Positions 38,101 through 46,435 of a stretch of 64,000 nt of DNA are shown piece by piece (position 1 is the stretch's first letter; every line of letters starts with the position of its first letter). The notes below the pieces were generated by a model, which saw only the letters and a program-made list of their open reading frames with translations, made no database searches and had not been told where the DNA came from. The translations under genes were made by a program, and so were the position numbers. This stretch comes from Patescibacteria group bacterium (GTDB lineage Bacteria; Patescibacteriota; Patescibacteriia; Patescibacteriales; UBA12465), in assembly GCA_028687275.1 (NCBI GenBank), contig JAQUAK010000001.1:36213-100212 (forward strand), read 5' to 3'.

Positions 38101-41100
38101 GCTGGCTGTAGTGAATTCACTAATTTAGATGCAGTCGCTGCTGGCGGCGAAGGCTTAGAATATTATACTGAATTAAAACAATGTATTAAGCCTAGCGACA
38201 GTTGTGCGGATTTCTATACTTGGGTTGGCACCGAAGAAAGCGGCTATCAGTTAAAGACATTATCCTTAAAGAAGGATAATAGCGGAAACCCAGCCGTGAC
38301 AACTGATGATTCTCAGATTTGCAATCAAGCAATCTTTAATTTAACTCCTGACGACCCTAATTTTAATGCGGATTGTCGTCAGTTTTATAATAAAGCGGGT
38401 AATATTTCTTATCACTTATCTGCTTACACTATTACTTGCTCAGAAAATTGTCATGCCTATCGTTTGACGGAAAATAATATTGATAGCACTGTCAGTCAAG
38501 CTAATTGTAGTGGTAGTGATCGTTCTTGGAATGCAAGCAGCTCTGTCTGTTATGTTTGTAAAAATGGTGGCATTTGGAGTGGACAGGATCAAGCTTGTGT
38601 ATATCAAGCTATACCAAATGAAGGTAAGAAATGTTCCGCCCGCCAGAATGGTTGTCGTGAGTATAATGGCAGCTTAGGCAACAATATCAGAATGATTGGT
38701 GTTTATAGTTTTGAAAACGGCTTAGACGGTTGGGTGGGGCAGTGCGGAGATGCTGCTATGAGCTCGCAGGTGGTCAACACTAATAATGGACGCTCTCTTT
38801 TATATGATAGAGGTGCTAATATTAATGGTTCCACACAAGCAACTGACTGTGAAGGTTCTAGTGCTTCTTGGTTAGATAAATTCTTGACTGGCGCCAATGC
38901 TAGCTTTGCTCACATTAGCAAGACTCTTGGTTCTAGTGTTGTCCAAGGAGGAGCTTATAATATTAAATTTACCGCTAGTGCCTCTGCTAATACTAATGTG
39001 CAAGTAGCCTTAATGAATGGCCAGGGAGAATTAAGTTATTTCAATACCAGCGATATCAATGCTAATGGTAGTTTTATAGTTAGCGGTGATAACGAATGGC
39101 GTACTTATGAATTAAATTTATCCAACCTAAATCATACAGTTGATAGCAAGGAGACTCTGGTAGTTATGGCGGATCGTGATTTTTACTTAGATAACTTTAT
39201 TTTGACGGCTATTACCGACCGTTATTACTTAATTAAAAATACGAGTAATATTCCTGATGTTTGTTACTATGATATGCTTGATAATTATCAAGGATCTGAC
39301 TATAACTTAGGCTGTTCTCTCTACCATGATCGCGCTGGCAGTAATCATTATTTACGTCAATTTAGTAATTTGTGCCAAGATTCAGCTGTTGGTTGCGAAT
39401 TAATGATTAATACTGCTAACTATAATGATTACAAGTCCGGTATTTGGCAGGATACAAATGATAATGGGGCTTGTGATACCGGTGAAGAGGAGTGTGTTAA
39501 GGTTAATGGTGATAGCTTCTTCTACGCTATTTATGATGAATCTAAGCGCTGTAATAGTGCTGATTTAGGTTGTTCTCGTTTAGGCGAATCTTTATCAACT
39601 GGTACTAATTACGATTGGAGCGATGTCTTTAAACGTAATAATCCAAATAACTACGATAAGACTTTATGTGCAGCAGCTGACGCTGGTTGTGAGGCCTGGA
39701 ATTATGCCGATGGCTCAGGTATTTCCTATTTCAAGAATCCAGGTAGTGATGCCTGTGTCTACCGTATTAGTTCTGATCCTACTAGACCAGGCAAGGCTTG
39801 GTATAAGGTTCCGGTCATGCGTTGTGATTTAGACAGTAGTGGTAAAATTGATGGCACTGAGATTGGCAAGCCAATTTGCGCTACTAATTCCGATTGTACC
39901 AATAACAGTGCTTGTCTAGTTGATAATAACGATTATGATTGCCCAGTCTCCTATTTTAAAACTTTTGGGTTTGGTGGCGGTGGTAATCAAGTGCCAACTC
40001 CATCGGAGTCAGCTGCTTTGTGTGAGTCCGCTAATTCTGGTTGTAGTGAATATATTGACCCAGTCAGCATCTTTGCTGAAAATGTAATTTTGGATCCAGC
40101 TAGGGAAAATGGTAGTAGTAGTTGGAGCGGTAATCCTCCTCAACAAAATATTGTGATTGAGCCTAATAAAGTTTATATTTTTTCTGTTAATGCTCCAGAA
40201 AGTTTAGTGTCCATGGATTTTAATGTCAGAATCACTTTTCCAGTCGGGGTTTATGTTTTACAAGAAGATAATAATTTGAGTACTATTGCTAGCACTACTC
40301 TAACAATTCCGTCTGAACAACCTAGTAAGAGAATAATGTTCCATTCTCGTACTAATACAAGCGCCACTGTTAGTGGGGCGTCATCTAATTATGAAATTCT
40401 ATTAAAAGCAGCCGTTTTAGATTATCAGTTTAAACAAAATATTGATAAGACTAGTTGTAATGGTATCGTTAATTTCGATAACGGCTGCGTCTTGTTTAAT
40501 GAGCGTTCCATAAATGGTGCACAAGGAGTATTGTCTTTAAGCGGCGGCTGGAATGCGGCTGCTAGTAAAGATGGTCAAACCCCCGTCTTATGTAGTAGTG
40601 GTGATTGTAGCGCTAATCAATTGATTAAAGTTCGTCCTGATCGCGTTTGTTCTTCTTGGCTTGATTGTTTAACCTATGCCATTAACCCTGAAACACAGGA
40701 GAAAACTTGCTATGCCCTTGGTTTATGTAATCAATTAAATGACAATAATGAATGTAGTAATTTTGTTGCTACGACTGAGGTTAAATTGCCAAGTAACGAT
40801 GTTAATATTAATAAATTGACTGGCTATTCTTTATTGAATAAATATAATTTAGCCTCAATGAAGGAGGTTGGTTTAAATACAGGCGCACATTATAATTTTG
40901 AAGCCGGCACTCAGTCGCTAGATTGTAAGAATGATCTTGGTGGTAGTTGCGTCTTTGATCAAGGCTTAGTAGCTGATAGTATTATTAATTCGCCAAATAA
41001 TTCGCCAACTGATTATCCAGCTGAAGGAGCTGCTTATTTACGCGTCATGGTTGGTCAACAGACATCTCCACATTCAGTTAATTCACCAATAAGCGTTCAG

Positions 41101-43323
41101 TCTGGTCAAGATTATTATTTAAATTATTTAGTTAATACTAAGGGTAGTGGCTACGAAGCTAAGGTTTCTATTTATGATAACGCTCGCTTAAACTCTGACG
41201 CTATAGCCACCGCCACTTCCAGCGCTACTAATGGTTGGGAGCGTAAAGTCTTTAAATTTAATGTGGCACCTTCTACTAAATCAATTAACATCTACTTAGG
41301 TGCTAACAATGTTGATAATAAAGAGGAGCGCTATGTCTATTTTGATGACATTAACATTGAGCCAGTTTTGCAAGTAGCAAATAATGAATATGTTGCTAAG
41401 GAGTGTCGTTTGTATCCAAGTCAGGATGCAACCTCTTGTACTAGTAAGAATAGTCAGGTGGTAAGTGATGGTTTAGTTGGTTATTGTTTGCAACACGACC
41501 CAGCTAATAGCGATGTGTGTTTGGTCTGGTATCCAGTTGATGAAATTAGTTCGGCTTCTAAATCGGGCCGCTCTAATCTTGGTTATCAAGGAGCTTTCCC
41601 CTTAAATTATTGTACTCAGGCTAATGGTAATTTTGATTTAGTAGAAAAAAGAATTTCAATTAGATTAGATGATGCTCATAGCACGGATGAAAATGAATGG
41701 GGGGATGATAAGTGTGTAATTTCACCTGGGTGTGCCGGAGATCAGAATTATAATACAATGATTGAGCTTAATAATGGCGATGTTTCAGCCTGGCTTCGTG
41801 TTTATTGCGTCCCTGATCCAAACAAACTTCTATTTGTTACTAGTAAAAAATTGTTTGGCGGCGCGGACGCTTGTAGAGATAAATATTTATATGAGGGTTG
41901 GGGAGTTTATGATGGCTTAAAATATATTCAGTCAGGACAGTATATACCTGATAATTGTGGTAATAATTGTGATGTTCATTGCGAGACGGGCACTTGTAAA
42001 AACTTAGATGAAGCAACGTCAGTCAATCCAAATATTCGAGTCTTTAATTATGATTATCCAACTGTTGACGAAGAACAGCTTAAATTAATTTCCTCTTCTG
42101 ATCCAGATGATGCGTTCTATCCAACCTGCAATCAGTTTGTACAAGTAGTTGATGCTGCTGGTAATAATAAAGCTTGGACGGGTCGTACTAGCAAAACCAG
42201 TATCTATCCTTTTAACACGCCTCTATTCTTCCGTTACAACAACACTTATTATGGGCCGGGCTGTTATTTGGAGGGTGCGGGTGAGTGTATGGAATACTGT
42301 ACTTGTGATAATGGTTGTGTCTGTGACCCTATTCATGGTGATCATTGCCAAGGTTCTTGTGCAGGCAAGCTTGTCGGTGACTGTAAGTATTATGCTGGCG
42401 CACCAGTATCTTGTGATACGCCTGGAGCAATCCCTTATCCCGGTGGCTCTGATTTTAATATGACTGCCTATGGTCGTAATCGAAGCTTAGTGCCATTTGG
42501 TGCCGCCACTTTTCCAGATAACTTTAATATTTTAGCTAGTGAACCGGTTAAGTTTTTGAATCAATATTCTAGTAAGATTGATCAAAAAACTTTTGCGGGC
42601 AGACCCTATGGCTGTTCCGGCGTTGGTTGTGATAACATTGGTTATTGCAGTTTAAATCCAAATGTAATGTGTCTGCTCGATACCACTACTAGTGCCAATA
42701 CTTCTTTAGTCAATCAAAAATCTTGTGGTAGCTCTAATGGCACCTGTATTCCTTTATGGAACGGTGACAATATTTCGACTGATACTAGTTTTAAAGCAGA
42801 TAATGTTTTGAGGAATATCTTCAATACGTCTTTTGGTGAATTTAACTATAATAATCAACTTGGTACTTATGATAATATGAGTGGTAATAATTACCCGGTT
42901 ATTTATACGGATGATTATACTCCTACCGTACGATGCTCTACAATAAATAATCATTTATCTACAAATGATGGCAATTATAATACTTATAACTGTGCTATTT
43001 GGCCACGTGTTAGTAGTGTTAAGTTAGATGGCTTTAATGTTCCCACAACTATTAATCCTGGCATTCACGTCTTAAGCTTTAATACCATTGTTGACACCGA
43101 ACAACAACCACTAAAGGACTTAATTATTGATTGGGGAGATGGCTCAGTTCAAAATCTTGTTAATCAAGATCATCATCCAGATGCTAACTCGCCACATAAG
43201 GTTTATCATTATTATGCTAATAGTGTTAATAACGCTGCCATTAAGATTAAAGTAACTGATAATTGGAACACCTTCTGTTGTGTAAGGAATAATAGCTCTT
43301 GCAGCGCTGCTAACTGTCCTTAA
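35116..43323 (+). CDS. Giant (2735 aa) secreted cysteine-rich multidomain surface protein with a C-terminal PKD-like domain
   Basis: Uninterrupted 8.2-kb ORF. Signal peptide '...LFVLAPSPVNA/QT'. About 110 Cys by hand count. Recurrent C-x5-G-C-x2-[YFWLM] motif. Four segments that look like CBM4/9-type beta-sandwiches ('FENGLDGW...YLDNFIL', 'NFEAGT...YFDDINIEP'). 'DWGDGS' PKD hallmark at nt 43129-43146. Confidence 0.8.
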   Translation: MKNRSNSFFTRQKVVSLIILSFFATSLFVLAPSPVNAQTDANQAVNNVLTPIWAFLKKAYEKGGASAFQKTVRTALNKVAFDTATWLGSGKEGQKPMFVDNFWGYIGSIGDEAAGQFIEDAVSNWNRNDWDNSESDKTACQQPYAQCLASCDPEFSSTPLDEEDDCKNKCNSTYATCLNKSSIDAGGTTTTGRDGVTSRQSNNTVSVCQPSSIDAKLRIAMGLVDYNRPQAPNCSASELISNWGDYAERMTAFKDPDFLDNFSNLFNPVSNDLGIYYTLRTDMTKTIDDNLIKTEKKLIADGGWLDMQDIAGNLVGMPGDAETKAEIAEQGYINNMATFSGDALIDAANVFLNQLAMTAYSKYMSNLGKVASSNSSSINNPNSDPNIRYGEAAVRESAASIIEPDFGVRADYDILSTLSMCRDRENPGPTDCVIDDKLMQAITEKKTVAEAVKDGYLHKNWLFSTDYLEGNYNLRNLEIMRKYRLIPVSWEVAAAANKQASLIDLISCFSASDDYNEYSSNFNVGNQTWCRNLVDPNWVLKAPLNYCAKQGYSAQIFDISVIPTGIDGQADTIQITRADDYCADEQSCIQERADGSCEAYGYCQSERRTWSFDSKSCEPINNTCSSFINTSSNQRTSYLENTLDYANCNADSVGCKRYSLFGIYDTDSGQVNWSESTNNSTYFNNNLSNCSPTDEACTEMIRVKPGWGLNLVMGADFANDNIGDAMNNSQINKYWNIWSPGNKEAEIISASDLDSNYSGKVLFLKSASNAASSTIGVFSDNAVSLIPANFNILSDETYTLSADVYIQSGDKVHLVLGGDYLAAVETRDQGVWRHISVTRNLKDKPLSEMDFSVVGYSNGSEVAFGVRNIKLEMTAWDSGFSNYGSFKVYEQLIPSYLASACYVNADPGSPDYRLKTDAPSICKDYARQCNREEVGCESYKEASTGFTVAAQAVSSDYCDASCNGYDLYVSKSSYFYSPYAEKMIPENSNVCGAEAAGCSEFTNLDAVAAGGEGLEYYTELKQCIKPSDSCADFYTWVGTEESGYQLKTLSLKKDNSGNPAVTTDDSQICNQAIFNLTPDDPNFNADCRQFYNKAGNISYHLSAYTITCSENCHAYRLTENNIDSTVSQANCSGSDRSWNASSSVCYVCKNGGIWSGQDQACVYQAIPNEGKKCSARQNGCREYNGSLGNNIRMIGVYSFENGLDGWVGQCGDAAMSSQVVNTNNGRSLLYDRGANINGSTQATDCEGSSASWLDKFLTGANASFAHISKTLGSSVVQGGAYNIKFTASASANTNVQVALMNGQGELSYFNTSDINANGSFIVSGDNEWRTYELNLSNLNHTVDSKETLVVMADRDFYLDNFILTAITDRYYLIKNTSNIPDVCYYDMLDNYQGSDYNLGCSLYHDRAGSNHYLRQFSNLCQDSAVGCELMINTANYNDYKSGIWQDTNDNGACDTGEEECVKVNGDSFFYAIYDESKRCNSADLGCSRLGESLSTGTNYDWSDVFKRNNPNNYDKTLCAAADAGCEAWNYADGSGISYFKNPGSDACVYRISSDPTRPGKAWYKVPVMRCDLDSSGKIDGTEIGKPICATNSDCTNNSACLVDNNDYDCPVSYFKTFGFGGGGNQVPTPSESAALCESANSGCSEYIDPVSIFAENVILDPARENGSSSWSGNPPQQNIVIEPNKVYIFSVNAPESLVSMDFNVRITFPVGVYVLQEDNNLSTIASTTLTIPSEQPSKRIMFHSRTNTSATVSGASSNYEILLKAAVLDYQFKQNIDKTSCNGIVNFDNGCVLFNERSINGAQGVLSLSGGWNAAASKDGQTPVLCSSGDCSANQLIKVRPDRVCSSWLDCLTYAINPETQEKTCYALGLCNQLNDNNECSNFVATTEVKLPSNDVNINKLTGYSLLNKYNLASMKEVGLNTGAHYNFEAGTQSLDCKNDLGGSCVFDQGLVADSIINSPNNSPTDYPAEGAAYLRVMVGQQTSPHSVNSPISVQSGQDYYLNYLVNTKGSGYEAKVSIYDNARLNSDAIATATSSATNGWERKVFKFNVAPSTKSINIYLGANNVDNKEERYVYFDDINIEPVLQVANNEYVAKECRLYPSQDATSCTSKNSQVVSDGLVGYCLQHDPANSDVCLVWYPVDEISSASKSGRSNLGYQGAFPLNYCTQANGNFDLVEKRISIRLDDAHSTDENEWGDDKCVISPGCAGDQNYNTMIELNNGDVSAWLRVYCVPDPNKLLFVTSKKLFGGADACRDKYLYEGWGVYDGLKYIQSGQYIPDNCGNNCDVHCETGTCKNLDEATSVNPNIRVFNYDYPTVDEEQLKLISSSDPDDAFYPTCNQFVQVVDAAGNNKAWTGRTSKTSIYPFNTPLFFRYNNTYYGPGCYLEGAGECMEYCTCDNGCVCDPIHGDHCQGSCAGKLVGDCKYYAGAPVSCDTPGAIPYPGGSDFNMTAYGRNRSLVPFGAATFPDNFNILASEPVKFLNQYSSKIDQKTFAGRPYGCSGVGCDNIGYCSLNPNVMCLLDTTTSANTSLVNQKSCGSSNGTCIPLWNGDNISTDTSFKADNVLRNIFNTSFGEFNYNNQLGTYDNMSGNNYPVIYTDDYTPTVRCSTINNHLSTNDGNYNTYNCAIWPRVSSVKLDGFNVPTTINPGIHVLSFNTIVDTEQQPLKDLIIDWGDGSVQNLVNQDHHPDANSPHKVYHYYANSVNNAAIKIKVTDNWNTFCCVRNNSSCSAANCP

Positions 43324-43439
43324 TCTTTTCTAATATTAGGCTTATTATCTGCATTATATTGACTTATTTACATTAATATTGTATATTAACAACAATAGTT
43401 AATTGAAAATCGAATACTCACCTCAAAAAAACATACGCC

Positions 43440-43874
43440 ATGAAAAATTTACTGATTGTTTCGTTGATTGCGTTATTTTTTATCTCATGTGAAAAAGATA
43501 ACACTTTGGGGCCAGCCCCAAACCCAGATCCCGATCCCGAAACCGTTTATAAAACGGAGATTACAATAAACTTTGTTATTCCACCAGGTGTGATGTTGCT
43601 TGGTGGAGACAATATGTGGGTTCTACGCTCCGATGAGGAGCAGATTACTAACCGCATCCAAACGGAGTTTCCTACCATGGTAATTGTCTTAACAGGCGAT
43701 TCTGTTAAGAACAATATGCATAAAAAATGTTACATTTTCGGGAGGTTCGCTAAGAGAATTGAAAGCCTTAACTACAGCTATGATTTCCGCAAGAGCTTCA
43801 CAATGGAGGAAAAAGTGACTATAACCCTCACGGTTTCCGCTGATCGCCTAGCTGAGGAACATTTCGATCCCTGA
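43440..43874 (+). CDS. Small lipoprotein (hypothetical)
   Basis: Lipobox 'LIALFFISC' followed by a 'PAPNPDPDPE' linker. Its codon usage is richer in C/G-ending codons than its neighbours. Confidence 0.55.
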   Translation: MKNLLIVSLIALFFISCEKDNTLGPAPNPDPDPETVYKTEITINFVIPPGVMLLGGDNMWVLRSDEEQITNRIQTEFPTMVIVLTGDSVKNNMHKKCYIFGRFAKRIESLNYSYDFRKSFTMEEKVTITLTVSADRLAEEHFDP

Positions 43875-43900
43875 AATTTTCATGGGGCTCAAACAAAATA

Positions 43901-43929
43901 GCCCGCTTCTACAAAGAGGCGGGCTTTTC
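43901..43929 (+). terminator. Strong GC-rich rho-independent terminator after the lipoprotein gene
   Basis: GCCCGCTTCT / AGAGGCGGGC 10-bp stem (one G-T wobble), ACAA loop, then TTTTC. Confidence 0.75.
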
Positions 43930-43935
43930 ATATAT

Positions 43936-43965
43936 AAAAATCGACCATAGTCTGGCCGATTTTTT
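43936..43965 (-). terminator. Probable terminator for gltX (imperfect hairpin with flanking A/T runs)
   Basis: ATCG-A-CCA / TGG-C-CGAT hairpin. The minus-strand reading is followed by TTTTT. Confidence 0.4.
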
Positions 43966-43987
43966 ATCTTTATCTTGTTTAAAATAA

Positions 43988-45661
43988 TTAAAGATTATTT
44001 AGTCTTTTCATAATTCTTTCTTCTCCCATGGCCTGCATAATAGCGCAAAGATTTGGTGTTTGCAGGCGTCCAGTTAATAAGAAGCGTAGTAGTTTTGCCA
44101 CTGTTCCCACCTGTCCTTTGTATTTACTAGTGTCAGCTTGATACTCTTTATTACTAGCAGCGTAACCGTGTTTAGCGGCGGTATCTTTTAGCTTATTAAA
44201 CCACTCCTCTTGATTATCTTGAGTATTGTAGACAGATAGAAAATCTTGAATAAGCAATTTGGCTGTCTCTGGGCTAATTTCATTCATTAATTCTTTTTTT
44301 AGGCTTGCATCTAAAATAAAGTTATCATCATAGAAATAACTTATTTCTGCACTTATTTCCGACCAACGACTAATATCTTTCCTAGGTTTAACGGCGCCCT
44401 CACGCTCAATGTTAAATATTTTTTTAGCGTAGCTTTCATCTGTTTGTAGACGTTTAGCTAGACTGGTATCAAATTCTTGAGCCCACTTTAAACTACTAAT
44501 ATAGACTTCTTCGGCGCTAAGTCTAGCAATTATATCTTTACTAATATCAGTTAACTTTATTAAATCAAATAAAGGTCCATTTGATTTGGCTAATTTTTTT
44601 AAACTCAATTTAAATTCAGAATTATGTATTTCTGCGTTTTCGCGACGCCAATCTTCAAAATTAGAGTTGGCTAGGTTGAGTAAATATTCAATTACCGCTT
44701 CTTCAGGATAGCCGGCTTTTTTGTAGTAGGCTAAATTAGCCTCTTCATCTTTACGCTTACTTAATTTTCTTTTATTAACTCCCTCCATTTTTTGAATAGG
44801 AGCTAAATGAGCATAGACAGGTGCTTCCCAGCCGAGAGTTGCAAATAGTTGTAGGTGGAGAGGTAGGGAGGGAAACCACTCATTGCCACGAACAACATGG
44901 CTAGTTCTCATTAAATGGTCATCAACGGCGTGGGCAAAATGATAGGTTGGCAGTCCATCTGCTTTCATAATAACAATGTCTTGGTCATTTTCTGGCATTT
45001 CACGACGGCCGACTAATAAGTCATTTACTATTACTTTATTATTAAAATTACCTGGAGATTTCAAGCGGATAACTGGTTTTAGGCCTTTATCTAGAGCCTC
45101 TAAGACTTCGTCAACGCTTTTATTGCGCCAGACGGCAAAATGACCGTAGTAACCACTGCGTTCGCCCATCACTTCTTGTCGATTGCGTAATTCTTCTAAT
45201 TCTTCGGTGCTAGCAAAACAAGGATAGGCCCTTCCTTTAAGCAATAGGTCTTTTACATAAGAATGATATATTTGAGCGCGCTCACTTTGTTTATAGGGGC
45301 CGTAATCACCTATTTCTTTGTTATCTTTATTAAGCCCTTCATCGTTAAAAATACCATATTGATTAAGGCTCTTGGCAAATAATTCGGCCGTACCAGCAAC
45401 TTCACGTTTTTTATCTGTGTCTTCAATGCGCAAAATAAAGATGCCGCCGCTTTGATGAGCAAATCTTTCGGAAATTAAAGAAGCATATAGGCCACCAAAA
45501 TGCACAAAGCCGGTGGGGCTAGGTGCTACACGGGTTACCATTGCTTCGGGAGCTAATTTCCTGGGCGGATATTTTATTTCTAAATCTTCAGGGCTTGCTA
45601 AAGGCTCGGGAAAAAGCTTTTTTATTACTAAATCGTAATTATTATCCATAAATTTAAGCAT
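43988..45661 (-). CDS. gltX: Glutamate--tRNA ligase (long form)
   Basis: 'VTRVAPSPTGFVHFGG' (HIGH-type), 'LRIEDTDKKRE', 'KLSKRK' (KMSKS-type). 557 aa with a C-terminal extension. Confidence 0.9.
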   Translation of the reverse strand: MLKFMDNNYDLVIKKLFPEPLASPEDLEIKYPPRKLAPEAMVTRVAPSPTGFVHFGGLYASLISERFAHQSGGIFILRIEDTDKKREVAGTAELFAKSLNQYGIFNDEGLNKDNKEIGDYGPYKQSERAQIYHSYVKDLLLKGRAYPCFASTEELEELRNRQEVMGERSGYYGHFAVWRNKSVDEVLEALDKGLKPVIRLKSPGNFNNKVIVNDLLVGRREMPENDQDIVIMKADGLPTYHFAHAVDDHLMRTSHVVRGNEWFPSLPLHLQLFATLGWEAPVYAHLAPIQKMEGVNKRKLSKRKDEEANLAYYKKAGYPEEAVIEYLLNLANSNFEDWRRENAEIHNSEFKLSLKKLAKSNGPLFDLIKLTDISKDIIARLSAEEVYISSLKWAQEFDTSLAKRLQTDESYAKKIFNIEREGAVKPRKDISRWSEISAEISYFYDDNFILDASLKKELMNEISPETAKLLIQDFLSVYNTQDNQEEWFNKLKDTAAKHGYAASNKEYQADTSKYKGQVGTVAKLLRFLLTGRLQTPNLCAIMQAMGEERIMKRLNNL

Positions 45662-45847
45662 TGCTTTACTATTCTTAAATTACCTTATTCATCTTAAAAA
45701 GTAAAGAAAAATTTATTAATTATAATATCATTTTTACTTTCTTTTTTATTGTTTTTATTGTAAAATAATAATAAGAATATGATTTTTAAAAATTGTCTAT
45801 TTGCGCTATACTAAGATTAATAGAGTCTTAATTTTAAATCTCTCTTT

Positions 45848-46420
45848 ATGCCTCTTGATGATCAATTGATTCGCAATCAAACAGATACGACCAATGAACC
45901 CGATAGTAGCGCTGATAAGGCTGGGGCTCTGAATCGAGCTAAGCGCGGTGAGCTTGAAGGTGGAGAGGCAACTGATTTCCGTTCTAGTCGTATGAGTGCC
46001 ATCAGAGCTAAGGCGGGTAAGTTGAAGGCCAAGTTATCAATTGGACAGAAAAGTTTTAGTGCTGCTACTAGCAAAATACTTCAATCAGCCTGGCGTAATA
46101 TAGTTATAAGTTTCGGTTTTTCATTTCTCTATGTCTATGCTCACTTATTTTTGCAACAAATTTTTGGCAAGAATCTCTTTGCTCCACTGGGCTCAGAATG
46201 GCGTGATCGTCCTGGCTTAACAATCGAGGAGAGAGAAAGAATGGGTGTGCCTTTTAAATTAATGGAATCGTTTGGAGTTGGTTGTTTAACTATTGTTCTA
46301 CTGATTGCTATAATTTTTGCCTTTTCCATACCAGCCTTAATTATTGAGGTGGTTACAAATCCTTTACGTACTTTTGTTTCATTTTTTAAAGAATTTTTTA
46401 GCTGGTTAACGGGCAGCTAG
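45848..46420 (+). CDS. Hypothetical membrane protein, first gene of T4SS-like block 1
   Basis: Polar, basic, probably disordered N-terminal ~75 aa, then 2-3 hydrophobic helices. Lies 15 nt upstream of the VirB6-like gene. Confidence 0.5.
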   Translation: MPLDDQLIRNQTDTTNEPDSSADKAGALNRAKRGELEGGEATDFRSSRMSAIRAKAGKLKAKLSIGQKSFSAATSKILQSAWRNIVISFGFSFLYVYAHLFLQQIFGKNLFAPLGSEWRDRPGLTIEERERMGVPFKLMESFGVGCLTIVLLIAIIFAFSIPALIIEVVTNPLRTFVSFFKEFFSWLTGS

Positions 46421-46435
46421 ATACTAGCTTAATTT

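Noticed and set aside
35341-42954. Out-of-frame and antisense ORFs within the giant gene (for example 36773-37033, 38480-38677, 39623-39832, 42149-42463 +; 35341-35553, 38703-38897, 42754-42954 -)
   Set aside because: They are V/L/I/M-rich by-products of the main frame. The 8.2-kb frame is continuous and has coherent domain-like content.
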